A stretch of DNA of 64,000 bases, taken from contig CAWBYI010000004.1 in assembly GCA_963793035.1 (NCBI GenBank), positions 4,175 to 68,174 on the forward strand. The letters are read 5' to 3'. The DNA is from an uncultured Actinomycetes bacterium (lineage in GTDB: Bacteria; Actinomycetota; Thermoleophilia; Gaiellales; Gaiellaceae). Under the pieces are notes generated by a model that worked only from the letters and a program-made list of their open reading frames with translations, did no database searches and was not told the DNA's origin. This document shows positions 29,110 to 38,901 of this stretch, in pieces. The position numbers and the translations under genes are program-made. The first letter of the stretch is position 1. Each line of letters begins with the position of its first letter.

Positions 29110-30362
29110 GCGAGCCCGCGCGCCACCCGGCGGCGCTTCGCGTACGCGTCGACCAGCACGGCGGCGAGGAGAACGAGGCCCGTAATCACGAACTTCGTGC
29201 CCGAGCTGATGTTGAGGAGGTCCAGCCCGTTGCTGATCGAGACGATGACGAGGGCTCCGAAGAGCGCGGAGACGACGCGGCCGACTCCGCCGAAGAGGCT
29301 CGTCCCGCCGATCACGGCCGCCGCGATGACGTTCAGGAGCAGGTCTCCGCCACCGGTGTTCGTCGCGACGGACCGGAGTCTCGACGCGAGCATGATCCCG
29401 CCGACGCCTGCCATGAAGCCGCCGATCATGAAGACGAGGATGCGCACGCGGTCGACGTCGATGCCCGCGCGCCGGGCGGCCTCGGCGCTGCCGCCGACGG
29501 CGTACACGTGGCGCCCGAAGCGGGTGCGCGAGGCGACGAACGACCAGAAGACGAGGAACACGCCGAGGATCACGACCGCCTTCGGGACACCGCGATCCTG
29601 GTTCGCGTACCCGACCGCGGCGAGGGTGACGACCGCGAGGCCGACGGTCTGGAGGACGATGAGCGAGATCGGCTTCCCGTACAGCCCGCCCGCCCGGCGG
29701 GAGCGGACGGTGTTCAGTTGCGAGAGCGCGAAGGCCACCACGACGACCACAGCGAGGATCCACCCCACTGTCTCGCTGAGGAAGTCGTTGGCGAAGCCGA
29801 TCACGACGTCGTCCTCGATTCGGACCGTGCCGACGCTCGAGACGCTCGTCGTGAGGATGAGCACGACGCCGGACCAGATGAGCAGCCCCGCGAGCGTCAC
29901 CACGAACGACGGGACGCCCGCTTTCGTGATCACCAAGCTCTGGGCGAAGCCGATCGCAGTTGTGCAGAGAAGGCCCGCGCCGACGGCGGCCCACCACGGC
30001 CAGCCGGGATTGTCGGGTCGGAGCAGGAGCGTCATGACGACGCCGCCGACAGCGCTCACGTAGGCGACCGACAGGTCGATCTCGCCGATCAGGAGCACGA
30101 AAACGACCCCGATCGCGATGGTCGCGATGGCCGACATCTGCAGGAGCAGGTTCGTGAAGTTCCGCTCGGTGAGGAACGTGTCGTCGAGGAGCCCGAACAC
30201 GACGACGATGACGCCGAGCCCGACGATGATCGGCAGCGACCCGAGCTCCCCGAACTTGACGCCCTGCCACCAGGTGTGGAGGTAGCCGGAGAGCGTGTCG
30301 GGCCGGTGCTCGTCGCCCGTGCGCGCGGCGACTTCGGCGATCTGGTCGGCGCCGCCGCTCAC
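29106..30362 (-). CDS. Sugar ABC transporter permease (CUT2 family, XylH/FrcC-like)
   Basis: 418-aa polytopic protein ('...GEIDLSVAYV...GRHVYAVGGSAEAARRAGIDVDRV...'). The GTG start overlaps the ATPase stop (GTGA). The rest of the 670-aa track ORF is an artefact. Confidence 0.85.
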   Translation of the reverse strand: MSGGADQIAEVAARTGDEHRPDTLSGYLHTWWQGVKFGELGSLPIIVGLGVIVVVFGLLDDTFLTERNFTNLLLQMSAIATIAIGVVFVLLIGEIDLSVAYVSAVGGVVMTLLLRPDNPGWPWWAAVGAGLLCTTAIGFAQSLVITKAGVPSFVVTLAGLLIWSGVVLILTTSVSSVGTVRIEDDVVIGFANDFLSETVGWILAVVVVVAFALSQLNTVRSRRAGGLYGKPISLIVLQTVGLAVVTLAAVGYANQDRGVPKAVVILGVFLVFWSFVASRTRFGRHVYAVGGSAEAARRAGIDVDRVRILVFMIGGFMAGVGGIMLASRLRSVATNTGGGDLLLNVIAAAVIGGTSLFGGVGRVVSALFGALVIVSISNGLDLLNISSGTKFVITGLVLLAAVLVDAYAKRRRVARGLA

Positions 30363-31156
30363 GACTGAATCGCCTCCGAGTCGTCCATGCCGGGCACGCT
30401 GGCGAGACTCCCGGCCGTGATCGCGTGCACGACGTCCTGCTGCGTCGTCTGGCTCCGCTCGAAGAGCGCCACGCGCTGACCGAGCCGGAGCACGGTGATG
30501 CGGTCCGCCACCTCGAAGATGTCGTGGAGGTTGTGCGAGATGACGACGACCCCGAGGTCCCGCTCGGCGAGCCGGCGCACGAGATCGAGGACCTGGCGCG
30601 TCTGAGCGATGCCGAGTGCGGCGGTGGGCTCGTCCAGGATCACGAGCTTCGAGTCCCACATGACCGACTTCGCCACCGCGACCGCCTGGCGCTGGCCGCC
30701 CGACAGGCCCGCGACCCGCTGGCGAACCGAGCGCAGCGTCGTCACGGACAGGCTGTCGAGCGCTTCCCGCGAAGCCTTCTCCATGCTCGATTCGTCCAGG
30801 GAGAGGAGGTTGTGGACGCGCTCGCGCCCGAGGAACATGTTCGCGACCACGTCGAGGTTGTCCGCGAGCGCGAGGTCCTGGTACACGACCTCGATCCCGA
30901 GGTGCGCTGCGTCGCGCGGGCCGTGGATGTTGACGCGGTCTCCCTCGAAGGAGACCTGGCCGTCGTCGAAGGGGTGGATGCCGACGATCCCCTTGATCAG
31001 CGTGGACTTGCCGGCGCCGTTGTCTCCGACGAGCGCCATGACTTCGCCCCGGCGGACCTCGAAGTCGACCTTGTACAGCGCCTGGACGGCACCGAACGCC
31101 TTCGAGACGCCACGGCACTCGAGAAGCGGTGGGCGAGTCTCTGCGGCGTTCGCCAT
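30359..31156 (-). CDS. Sugar ABC transporter ATP-binding protein (single NBD, FrcA-like)
   Basis: Walker A 'GDNGAGKST', signature 'LSGGQRQ', Walker B 'LVILDEPT'. Confidence 0.9.
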   Translation of the reverse strand: MANAAETRPPLLECRGVSKAFGAVQALYKVDFEVRRGEVMALVGDNGAGKSTLIKGIVGIHPFDDGQVSFEGDRVNIHGPRDAAHLGIEVVYQDLALADNLDVVANMFLGRERVHNLLSLDESSMEKASREALDSLSVTTLRSVRQRVAGLSGGQRQAVAVAKSVMWDSKLVILDEPTAALGIAQTRQVLDLVRRLAERDLGVVVISHNLHDIFEVADRITVLRLGQRVALFERSQTTQQDVVHAITAGSLASVPGMDDSEAIQS

Positions 31157-31169
31157 GGGGTCAAAGAGC

Positions 31170-31197
31170 GGTGGGGACGCCCAGGGGCGTCCCCACC
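31170..31197 (-). promoter_or_regulatory. Intercistronic 12-bp stem-loop between the binding-protein and ATPase genes
   Basis: GGTGGGGACGCC-CAGG-GGCGTCCCCACC is perfect. It lies 13 nt after the SBP stop and 13 nt before the ATPase start. Confidence 0.5.
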
Positions 31198-31210
31198 GTT
31201 GGCCTCTAGA

Positions 31211-32443
31211 TCAGCCGTTCTCCTGGCACCAGTCGGTGCTGGCGGACTCGCCGGTGCAGATCTCCTCGACCGTCCGGAAGTCGTCCGCGATGACGGTGTC
31301 CGCGATGTTGTCTTCCGTGACCGCAATGGGCTCGAGAGCGATGAAGGGAATCGACCCTTCCTCGTCGGCCGACTCGGTCGCCTCACCCGTCTCGGTGTCG
31401 ATCCCGATGATCGTTGCGCCCGAGCCGCCGGAGGCGAGCTTCGACTCGTAGTCCGTCGCGGCCGCTTGGAAGTCCTCGCCCGAACAGAGCGCGAGCGCTA
31501 CCTCGGCAGCGACTCCCGCCTCGTCCGGGAACGGCTTGTAGACGCTCATCGTCTGGTTCCCGAGGACGACGTTCTGCATCCCGGCGGCACTCGCGTCCTG
31601 CCCGCTCACGGGGACGGGACCGGCGACGCCGGCTCCCTCGAGAGCGTTGATCGCCTGCTGCGCGAGGTTGTCGTTGGCCGCGAAAACGCCGTTGATCTCG
31701 TTGTTCGCGTCGGTGAGGATTCCCTCCATGATCCCCTGGCCTTCGCCGTTCGCGCCCCAGCCCGGAACGTGCTGGTCGGCGGCCAGCGTCCAATCGCCGG
31801 CGTCGACCTTCGCCTCCACGGTCTCGGCGTAGCCCGCCCGGAACTGGAAGGAGTTGTTGTCCTCCTCGCCGCCGTTGAGCATCACGACCGCCGGCGTGTC
31901 GACGTCGAGCGCGTCGATCTCGGGCTCGAGCGACTCGGCCATCGTCCTGCCCACTTCCTCGTTGTCGAAGCTCACATAGGCCGCTCCGCCCGAGCCGCCG
32001 GTGTTGAAGCGGTCGTACTCGATGACCTCGACCCCGGCGTCCTTCGCCTGGTCGACGATGGTCGCTCCCGACCCCGTGTCGATGCTCGTGAGCACGATGA
32101 CGGCGGCGTCGTCGGCGATTGCCTGCTCCGCCTGCGACTGCTGCGTCGCGGCGTCGCCCTCGGCGTTGACGATGTTGAAGTCCACGCCGGCCTCCGTGAA
32201 CGCCTCGGTGAAGTACCGGCGGTCGTCGGTCTCCCAGCGCGGTGATGTCGTGCTGTCCGGGAGGAGGACCCAGATGCTCTGGTCGCACTCCCCGGTCCCT
32301 CCGGTCGTCTCGGTGTCGGTCCCTGTTGCCTCGTCGTCGTCTCCGCCACAGCCGGCCGCGACGACGGCCAGAGCTGCAACCAACGCGAGTAGGGCCAACC
32401 ACACAAGGCGTCGACTCTTAAGCACAGATCGTCGATCCTCCAT
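31211..32443 (-). CDS. Sugar ABC transporter substrate-binding lipoprotein (CUT2, periplasmic-binding-protein type I)
   Basis: 'MEDRRSVLKSRRLVWLALLALVAALAVVAAGCGG' has a lipobox, and a PBP-I fold sequence follows. GGAGGAG is upstream of the ATG at 32443. Confidence 0.85.
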   Translation of the reverse strand: MEDRRSVLKSRRLVWLALLALVAALAVVAAGCGGDDDEATGTDTETTGGTGECDQSIWVLLPDSTTSPRWETDDRRYFTEAFTEAGVDFNIVNAEGDAATQQSQAEQAIADDAAVIVLTSIDTGSGATIVDQAKDAGVEVIEYDRFNTGGSGGAAYVSFDNEEVGRTMAESLEPEIDALDVDTPAVVMLNGGEEDNNSFQFRAGYAETVEAKVDAGDWTLAADQHVPGWGANGEGQGIMEGILTDANNEINGVFAANDNLAQQAINALEGAGVAGPVPVSGQDASAAGMQNVVLGNQTMSVYKPFPDEAGVAAEVALALCSGEDFQAAATDYESKLASGGSGATIIGIDTETGEATESADEEGSIPFIALEPIAVTEDNIADTVIADDFRTVEEICTGESASTDWCQENG

Positions 32444-32616
32444 CCCTGCTCTCCTCCTGTCGGTATCAGTACGAGCGCGAGCGCGATGGACGGAACCCTG
32501 CGCGCACGCGTGGGTAGCCCTCATCGCGAGACACAGGGCGAGAATAGTCAGATCGCGGACGAGAAGGCAACGTGGAGCCGTCGCTCCACGTCGCCTCGAG
32601 CTCGTCGATCTCGCTT

Positions 32617-32992
32617 CTACGACTCCGGCATCGACGCGTTCGGGTCGGTGCTGCCAGAGCCCGAACTCGTTCCCCTCGGTGTCCTTGCAGATCGAGAACC
32701 AGCCCATGCCGGGCACAGGCAGCGCGTCTCCCGCCTCGCCGCCGAGCTCCGTCACGCGCGCGTTCCCTGCGTTGATGTCGTCGACGTCGAAGTAGACACG
32801 CGTGCCACGCTTGTTGGCCGGATCGGGCGCATAGATGGCGCCGCCGGTCGTGTCCGAGAACCGCGTCGTGTGGTACTCGCTCGGCGAGCCCTCGAACGTC
32901 TCCCACTGCCAGTCGAAGAGCGAGCCCCAGAACTCCCGCGCCTTCGCGGTGTCGCCGGCGGGGATCTCCAGGTGCACCATCTGTCCGGGCAT
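32617..32992 (-). pseudogene. Glyoxalase/VOC family protein with its stop lost by a 1-nt indel near 32648-32652
   Basis: 'MPGQMVHLEIPAGDTAKAREFWGSLFDW...GWFSICKDTEGNEFGLWQ'. The other frame ends '(S)TDPNASMPES*' (TAG 32617-32619). As written, it reads through into the SBP gene (611-aa track ORF). Confidence 0.7.
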
Positions 32993-33082
32993 GACTCCTC
33001 CTTCGGTCGTCGCGCGACGAAGCTCCCACTCCGCCGCTGTCGTCACTATGACGAACCGCCTCCGGGCAGATCGACAGCCCGG

Positions 33083-36000
33083 CTACGGCTTCACCACAAC
33101 GACGCGATCGGCGCGGACGTCGCGAAGCCGGGTCGTGCGGCCGCCGGAGTAGCGCACGACGAGCTCGCGCACGGTCCGCGCGCGTCCGAGCCCGAAGTGC
33201 ACGCGCGGGTCTTCGGAGGAGAGGTAGCTGCTCCCGCTCTGGACCTCGCGCACCAGCCTCCGCCCCGACGGGAGCACGGCGGTGACACGCGCGCCCGGCG
33301 AGAACCTGGGCAGCTTCACTTCGAGCCAGTGTGCGCGCGCTCCGTCGTTGCGGAGGAGCACGAGCGGGCCGCCGATCGAGTTGATGGCGGCATCCAAGTC
33401 GCCGTCGTTGTCGTAGTCGGCCGCCGCGAGCCCGCGTCCGTTCAAGTACGGGCCGGCTGCGACGCCGACCGAGCGGCTCGCGTCGTCGAAGCGCCCGGCG
33501 CGCCCGTTCTCGAAGATCTGGACCGGCTCGGCGTCGCGCATGAGATCCGTCACCGGGATGGCGCCGTTCGCGACCACCAGATCGAGACTCCCGTCGAGGT
33601 CGAGGTCCGCCCAGGACGCACCCCAGCCCGCGAGCGTCGTGTCGAAGGCGCCGGCGAAGCGCGGCCGCGCGTCCTCGAAGCGGCCGGCCGCACGGCTCGC
33701 GAAGACGCCGTGGAGCTGCCGGTGCGAGTTCGTCACGAACAGGTCCTGCCGGCCGTCGGCATCGAAGTCACCCGCGGCGACGCCCATGCCCGCGTTTCTG
33801 TCCGCCACGCCTTCCTGCGCGCCGCGCTCGACGAGCCGGAAGCCGAGCCCCGCGGGATCGGCCTTCCCGCCACCCGGCCGCGGGACGTTCCGGTACAGCC
33901 GGTTCGGGTCGAGGTCGTTGGCGACGTAGAGGTCGCTGCGGCCGTCGCCGTCGTAGTCGGTGAACACGGCTCCGAGACCGTGCTCGACCCGTGTCCGCTC
34001 GATGCCCGCCTGCCGTCCGACCTCGCGGAACCGCACGTGTCCCTCGCGGTCGCGGCCGAGGTTGAGGTAGAGGCGGTCGCGGACGCCTGCATACGACAGC
34101 GGGAACGAGTCGCCCGCGCGGCTCGGGATGGGCGCGTTCAGGTCGGCGTAGCCCGCGACGAAGAGATCGGGTAGCCCGTCGCCGTTCACGTCTCCGACCG
34201 TCGCGGCGGTGTGCCAGCCGTACTCGTCGATGCCCGCCGCGCGCGCTCCCTCGACGAACCGTCCGTCGCCCTGGTTCCAGAGGAGCGCGTCGTACCCCGC
34301 CGCCGTCACGTAGAGGTCGGTCCGGCCGTCGAGGTCGAAGTCCGCGGCGACGCAGCCGTTCCCGCGCAGCGCGACGTCCGTCCCGGAGCGTCGGCTCACG
34401 TCGACGAACCTGCCCTTGTCGTTACGGTAGAGCGCGCTGCGCGGCAGGCCGCCCTGCTTCTTCCATCTCGCGACGTCGACCACGATCGAGTGCGAGTTCA
34501 CGGCGTAGAGGTCGAGCCAGCCGTCGTCGTCGTAGTCGATCCAGCACAGACCGCCGCCCATCATCGCGACGGTGTCGTGCGACATCCGGAAGCGGAACGC
34601 CCCGTGGCGGAAGTCCAGGCCGACCTTCTGCGCGACGTTCGTCAGGCGGATGCCCGAGAGCGCCGATCCGGGCTGCTGCCCGGAGGCGATCCCGCTCGGG
34701 GCGACCGGCTCCGCGGGCGCCTCGCCCCGGTCGCGCTGGATGAGGTAGCGCTCGTCCTGCAGGACGAGCTCGAACGTCTGCTCGACCAGCACCGGGTCGC
34801 TGCGGCTCTGGAGCACTGCTGGGGATCCGGTGTAGGTCGCGCGCACGACCGTGCCTTCGACTGCGACGACGGCAACCGGCGGCGCCTGGTCGTCGGAGCG
34901 CTCGAGCGACACGCTCAGCTCGTCGAGGTCGTAGTCCGGGACGACGACGCTGCCGCCGGAGGCACGAATGCGCTCCCAGAGCGCGGCGAGCCGCTCGCCC
35001 GTCGCACCTGACGTCGCCCGGTCGAGGTCGCGCTCGACGAGCGCCTCGGCCTCGATGCGCAGATCCTCGACGAGGTCGCTCGCGATCCGCCGCGCCGTTC
35101 GCCGCGTCGAGCCGTGAAGCGATCTCCTCCGACTGCAGGACGGTGACCTCGGGCAGATCGCCGGCCATGCTCTGCGACGGCGTCGTCGCCGCGGCACTCG
35201 GCCGGGCGGGAATGCCCGCGAGCAGGACGAGGCCCGCGAACACCACGGCACCTATGACGCCCACCGCCCCGAGCGCGGCCCTCCGGGCTTCGGCTCCGCG
35301 CGCGGCGACCGGCGCGAAAAGGCCGTCGAGGGAGCGCGCCCGCGAGCGCGCCAGCAACGCCAGCGGCCGCACGGCGCAGACGATGGTCAGCGCGCCGAGG
35401 ACCGCCACCTTCGTCGCGAACTCCGTCGTCTGCGGCGCGATCAGCAGCACGGCCAGCAGTCCGATGCCTATGGCGTACGCACGGCGCCCGCGGGCGGTGT
35501 CGGGAATCGTTCTGGGGTCGGTGATCATGAAGAACAGGAACACGAGCACCTCGGGCGAGAAGACCAGCGTGTGCCAGAACTCCCACCCGGAGATCGGGCC
35601 GAGGTGCCAACGCGCCGTCATCTCGTGACCGCTCGCCGCCAGCACCGCGAGTCCCGCTGCGAATGCGACCCAGAAGCCGACCGCGATGTGCAGCAGGTGG
35701 AGCCGCAGCAGGATCGCGAAGCCGCCGACGACGATGATCGCGAGCGCGAGCGCCATCCACGCCGACATCGGCCCCCACCAGAACTCGAGCGGATCCGCCC
35801 TCTCCGGGCCGAGCAGGAGGAAGCAGAGGACAAGGCCGAAGTTCGAGGGGTTGAAGACGTGACGCCCGCGGAACGTGATCAGGTACTTCGAGAGCAGCGC
35901 CACCGCGGCCGTGCCGGCGAAGATCCACCAGCCGTGCATGCTCCACCAGTCGCCGTGCTCGGTTCCGGGCACGCGCAGGATGAAGGCGACGCCGTTCCCC

Positions 36001-36269
36001 GTCAGGAGCGCGCTCGCGGGCCACATGATCACCCGCTGGCGCCGGAATGCGATGCCGACCTCGAGCACCGCGCACGTGACGAGCGCGACGAGGATCTGTG
36101 CGATCGAGAGCCGGAACTCGAACGCGACCTGGCCCAGGACCTGCAGCGAGACGATCACGACCGCGAGATGCAGGCGCGGGTCGCGCCACGACGGAAGCAA
36201 CACCGGGTACGACCTGCCTCGAACGCGAAGCGTCGGCCGGCCACGGTCGACGGCGGGCGCGCCAATCAC
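33083..36269 (-). pseudogene. RnfD/NqrB-like polytopic membrane domain continuous with an FG-GAP/VCBS + ASPIC/UnbV (CRTAC1-like) region. One frameshift near 35088-35105.
   Basis: The membrane part ('HVFNPSNFGLV', 'FFMITDPRTIP') runs without a stop into a TM helix 'AVGVIGAVVFAGLVLLAGIP' and '...EEIASRLDAANGAA'. It then continues in the 33083-35251 frame as 'RRIASDLVEDL...' with repeated 'DYDGDGRSDLYV'-type FG-GAP units and the ASPIC C-terminus 'GSSYLSSEDPRVHFGLG'. Confidence 0.6.
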
Positions 36270-36314
36270 CTGGAAAATCCTACTCAGGTGTCGACAAGGG
36301 CTGGTACTTCTGGA

Positions 36315-36387
36315 TGGAGCCAGCCGGGATCGAACCGGCGACCTCCACGCTGCCAGCGTGGCGCTCTCCCAGCTGAGCTATGGCCCC
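36315..36387 (-). tRNA. tRNA-Ala (anticodon GGC)
   Basis: The minus strand reads GGGGCCATAGCTCAGCTGGGAGAGCGCCACGCTGGCAGCGTGGAGGTCGCCGGTTCGATCCCGGCTGGCTCCA. It forms a cloverleaf with the G3:U70 identity pair, a CTGGCAG anticodon loop and a TTCGATC T-loop. CCA is not encoded. Confidence 0.93.
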
Positions 36388-36432
36388 ACGGGAAGCCGTC
36401 AGTCTAGCGGTGGTCGGCGAGAACGTCGGCCG

Positions 36433-36843
36433 CTAGACGGCCGCGACCTCGACCGACGGCACGTCGTCCCAGAGCTCCTCGAGCCGATAGTAGGAGCGCG
36501 TCTCCGGCGTGAAGAGGTGCAGGACGACGTCGAGGTAGTCGGCGACGATCCAGTCGCCTTCGCGTAGGCCGGCGGACGAGCGCGGGATCAGCGAGTGGCC
36601 CTTCTTCAGGCCCTGCGCGACCTCGTCGTAGATGGCCTTCGTCTGCCTCGTGTTGCGGCCCGTCGCGATCACGAAATAGTCGGTGAAGTCGCAGACGCCC
36701 TGCATGTCCAGGATCGTGACGTCCGTCGCCAGCTTCTCCTGGCAGAGGGAAGCGGTCTCGCGTGCTTGCTCGAGCGGTGTCAGTTCTCTACGCGTCCTCT
36801 CGTCACGGACGTTCGGAGTGTAGCCCGCACGGCACGCGCTCAA
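36433..36843 (-). CDS. rsfS: Ribosome silencing factor RsfS
   Basis: 'KLATDVTILDMQGVCDFTDYFVIATGRNTRQTKAI...DWIVADYLDVVLHLFTPETRSYYRLEELW'. The start (TTG overlapping the nadD stop) is uncertain. Confidence 0.85.
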   Translation of the reverse strand: MSACRAGYTPNVRDERTRRELTPLEQARETASLCQEKLATDVTILDMQGVCDFTDYFVIATGRNTRQTKAIYDEVAQGLKKGHSLIPRSSAGLREGDWIVADYLDVVLHLFTPETRSYYRLEELWDDVPSVEVAAV

Positions 36844-37430
36844 GCCTCGCGGTACAGGCCAAGGCGCTCGATCGCATCCGCGACGGCCGGCGGAACGAGA
36901 CCGTCGATGGGCTCGCCACGAGCGACGCGCGCGCGGATGTCGTTCGAGGAAACCGATGTGGGCGTCATCGCGAAGAAGGAGATGCGGTCGGGCGCGGGGA
37001 GTCGAGCGCGCGCCTCGCGCAGCTCAGATTCGGAGACGCCCGGCCGCATGGCCACGCCGAGGGGCACGAGCTCCAGGACGCGCTCCGGGTCCTTCCAGCG
37101 CTCGAAGGCCGCGAGCTCGTCTCCGCCGAGGAGGAAGATCGAAGCCTCGGGCTTGCGCTCCTCGAGCGAATCGACCGTGCGCGTGTGCCGGTCGAGCTCG
37201 ACGCGGGCGTCCGGGACGTCCGCGAACGCGAGCCGCGCGAGCTCGAGGCGGTCCGTGGCCGAGGCGGACGTCCGCTTGTGCCCAGGATCGACAACGACAA
37301 GGACGAGCAGCTCGTCGAGGCCGTAGTGATCACGCGCCGCGCGGGCGAGCTCGACGTGGCCGATATGCGGGGGATCGAACGCGCCGCCGAGAATCCCGAG
37401 CCGCGGCTTCGACTGGCTCACTCCTGCCAC
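36840..37430 (-). CDS. nadD: Nicotinate-nucleotide adenylyltransferase
   Basis: 'LGILGGAFDPPHIGH', 'SSNDIRARV'. Confidence 0.9.
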   Translation of the reverse strand: MAGVSQSKPRLGILGGAFDPPHIGHVELARAARDHYGLDELLVLVVVDPGHKRTSASATDRLELARLAFADVPDARVELDRHTRTVDSLEERKPEASIFLLGGDELAAFERWKDPERVLELVPLGVAMRPGVSESELREARARLPAPDRISFFAMTPTSVSSNDIRARVARGEPIDGLVPPAVADAIERLGLYREA

Positions 37431-38614
37431 TCGAGCACCTCGCCGTCCACCTCCACCTCCACGCCGCTCCGGATCCCGGCCGCCCGCAGGGCCTCCTCGA
37501 GCTCGGCCGGCGGCGGCGTCCGGCCCGCGATCCGGTAGCCGCGGTCCGTACGCAGGATGCGAAACGCAGGGCCACGGCGCGGCTTCGGCCGGTATTCGAG
37601 GAACTCCGGGAGCTCGGGCTCGTCGTCGTCCTTCGGGGGCTCCACCGGGCAGAGCTCGAAGAGCGCATGCTTCAGCTCGTCGATCCCCGCGCCCGTCACC
37701 GTGGACGTCGGGACGATTCGCACGACGCGCTCGTCCTCGAGCTCGAACGCCGGCGGCGACTCCAGCAGGTCGATCTTGTTCAGGACGACGATCTGCGGCC
37801 GCTCGTCGAGGCCGGCGCCGTAGGCCGCGAGCTCGCGAGCGATGGCGTGAAAGCGCTCGACGGGGTCTTCGTCGGCCGCGTCGATCACGTGCACCAGGAG
37901 ACGCGCTCGCTCGAGGTGCGCAAGGAACTCGTGACCGAGGCCGGCGCCGTCTGCGGCGCCCTCGATAAGCCCTGGGACGTCTGCGATCGTCAGCTGGCGC
38001 GCGTCCGGTCCTTCCACCGTGCCGAGCACCGGCTCGATCGTCGTGAACGGGTAGTCGGCGACCTTCGGCTTCGCGTTGGAGATGCGACGCAGGAGCGACG
38101 ACTTGCCCGCATTCGGGAGCCCTGCGAGCGCGGCATCCACGACGAGCTTGAGCCGAAGCGTGAGGTCCGCCTCCTCACCTGGAAGCCCGGTCTCCGCGAA
38201 GCGTGGCGTCTGGCGGGTCGGGGTGGCGAAGCGCGCGTTGCCGCGACCCCCGCCGCCGCCCTTCGCGACGACGAGCCGCGCGTCCGGCGAGGTCAGGTCG
38301 GCGACGAGCCGCCCGTCGACGTCGAGCACCTGCGTGCCGAGCGGCACGTGGATCTCAACATCCTTCCCGTCGGCGCCGTGCTTCCGGCTTCCGCCGCCGC
38401 CCCCGCCCTTGCCGGCGTTCACCTTGCGGGTGCGCCGGAGCGTCGAGAGATCGCGGAGCGCAGGGTCGGCGATGACGATGACGTCGCCGCCGCTTCCGCC
38501 GTCGCCGCCGTCCGGCCCGCCCTTCGGCACGTACTTCTCACGCCGAAAGCTGAGCGCGCCGTGGCCGCCGCCGCCCGCCTGGACGTGTATCTGCGCGCGA
38601 TCGTGAAACGGCAT
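37418..38614 (-). CDS. obg: GTPase Obg
   Basis: Glycine-rich Obg fold 'AGGGGHGALSFRREKYVPKGGPDGGDGGSGGDV'. G1 is 'GLPNAGKSSLL' and G3 is 'DVPGLIEGA'. Confidence 0.93.
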   Translation of the reverse strand: MPFHDRAQIHVQAGGGGHGALSFRREKYVPKGGPDGGDGGSGGDVIVIADPALRDLSTLRRTRKVNAGKGGGGGGSRKHGADGKDVEIHVPLGTQVLDVDGRLVADLTSPDARLVVAKGGGGGRGNARFATPTRQTPRFAETGLPGEEADLTLRLKLVVDAALAGLPNAGKSSLLRRISNAKPKVADYPFTTIEPVLGTVEGPDARQLTIADVPGLIEGAADGAGLGHEFLAHLERARLLVHVIDAADEDPVERFHAIARELAAYGAGLDERPQIVVLNKIDLLESPPAFELEDERVVRIVPTSTVTGAGIDELKHALFELCPVEPPKDDDEPELPEFLEYRPKPRRGPAFRILRTDRGYRIAGRTPPPAELEEALRAAGIRSGVEVEVDGEVLEWQE

Positions 38615-38646
38615 CCCCGCCTCCGGCGAGGGAGCCTAGAGGGGGA

Positions 38647-38901
38647 TCACTCCGGCTCGGCGACCGAGATGAAGCGCTTCTCGCCGCTCCGGCGAAACTC
38701 GACCGTGCCCTCGCGGAGCGCGAAGATCGTGTCGTCGCGGCCGCGGCCTGCACCGGGACCGGGTCGGAACTTCGTCCCGCGCTGGCGGACGATGATCATG
38801 CCGGCCTTCACCGGCTGGCCCGCGAACACCTTGACGCCGAGACGCTTCGACTGGGAGTCGCGGCCGTTGCGAGAGGAGCCGAGACCCTTCTTGTGCGCCA
38901 T
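38647..38901 (-). CDS. rpmA: 50S ribosomal protein L27
   Basis: '[29 protein letters not shown]...[10 protein letters not shown]'. Confidence 0.95.
   Translation of the reverse strand: MAHKKGLGSSRNGRDSQSKRLGVKVFAGQPVKAGMIIVRQRGTKFRPGPGAGRGRDDTIFALREGTVEFRRSGEKRFISVAEPE

Noticed and set aside
29106-31118. 670-aa ORF spanning the permease and ATPase genes
   Set aside because: Only the last 418 codons are permease. The upstream part is the ATPase gene read out of frame; the true ATPase is 30359-31156.
31211-33046. 611-aa ORF that looks like a VOC-domain/sugar-binding fusion protein
   Set aside because: The VOC domain ends naturally ('...GLWQ(S)TDPNASMPES*') in another frame. The connecting ~170 nt translate to junk and contain the SD and lipoprotein signal of the SBP. 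This is two genes joined by a 1-nt indel.
36270-36432. Integrated element or genomic-island junction at tRNA-Ala
   Set aside because: There is no integrase, no direct repeat of the tRNA 3' end, and no compositional break. The flanks are core genes (rsfS operon, membrane protein).
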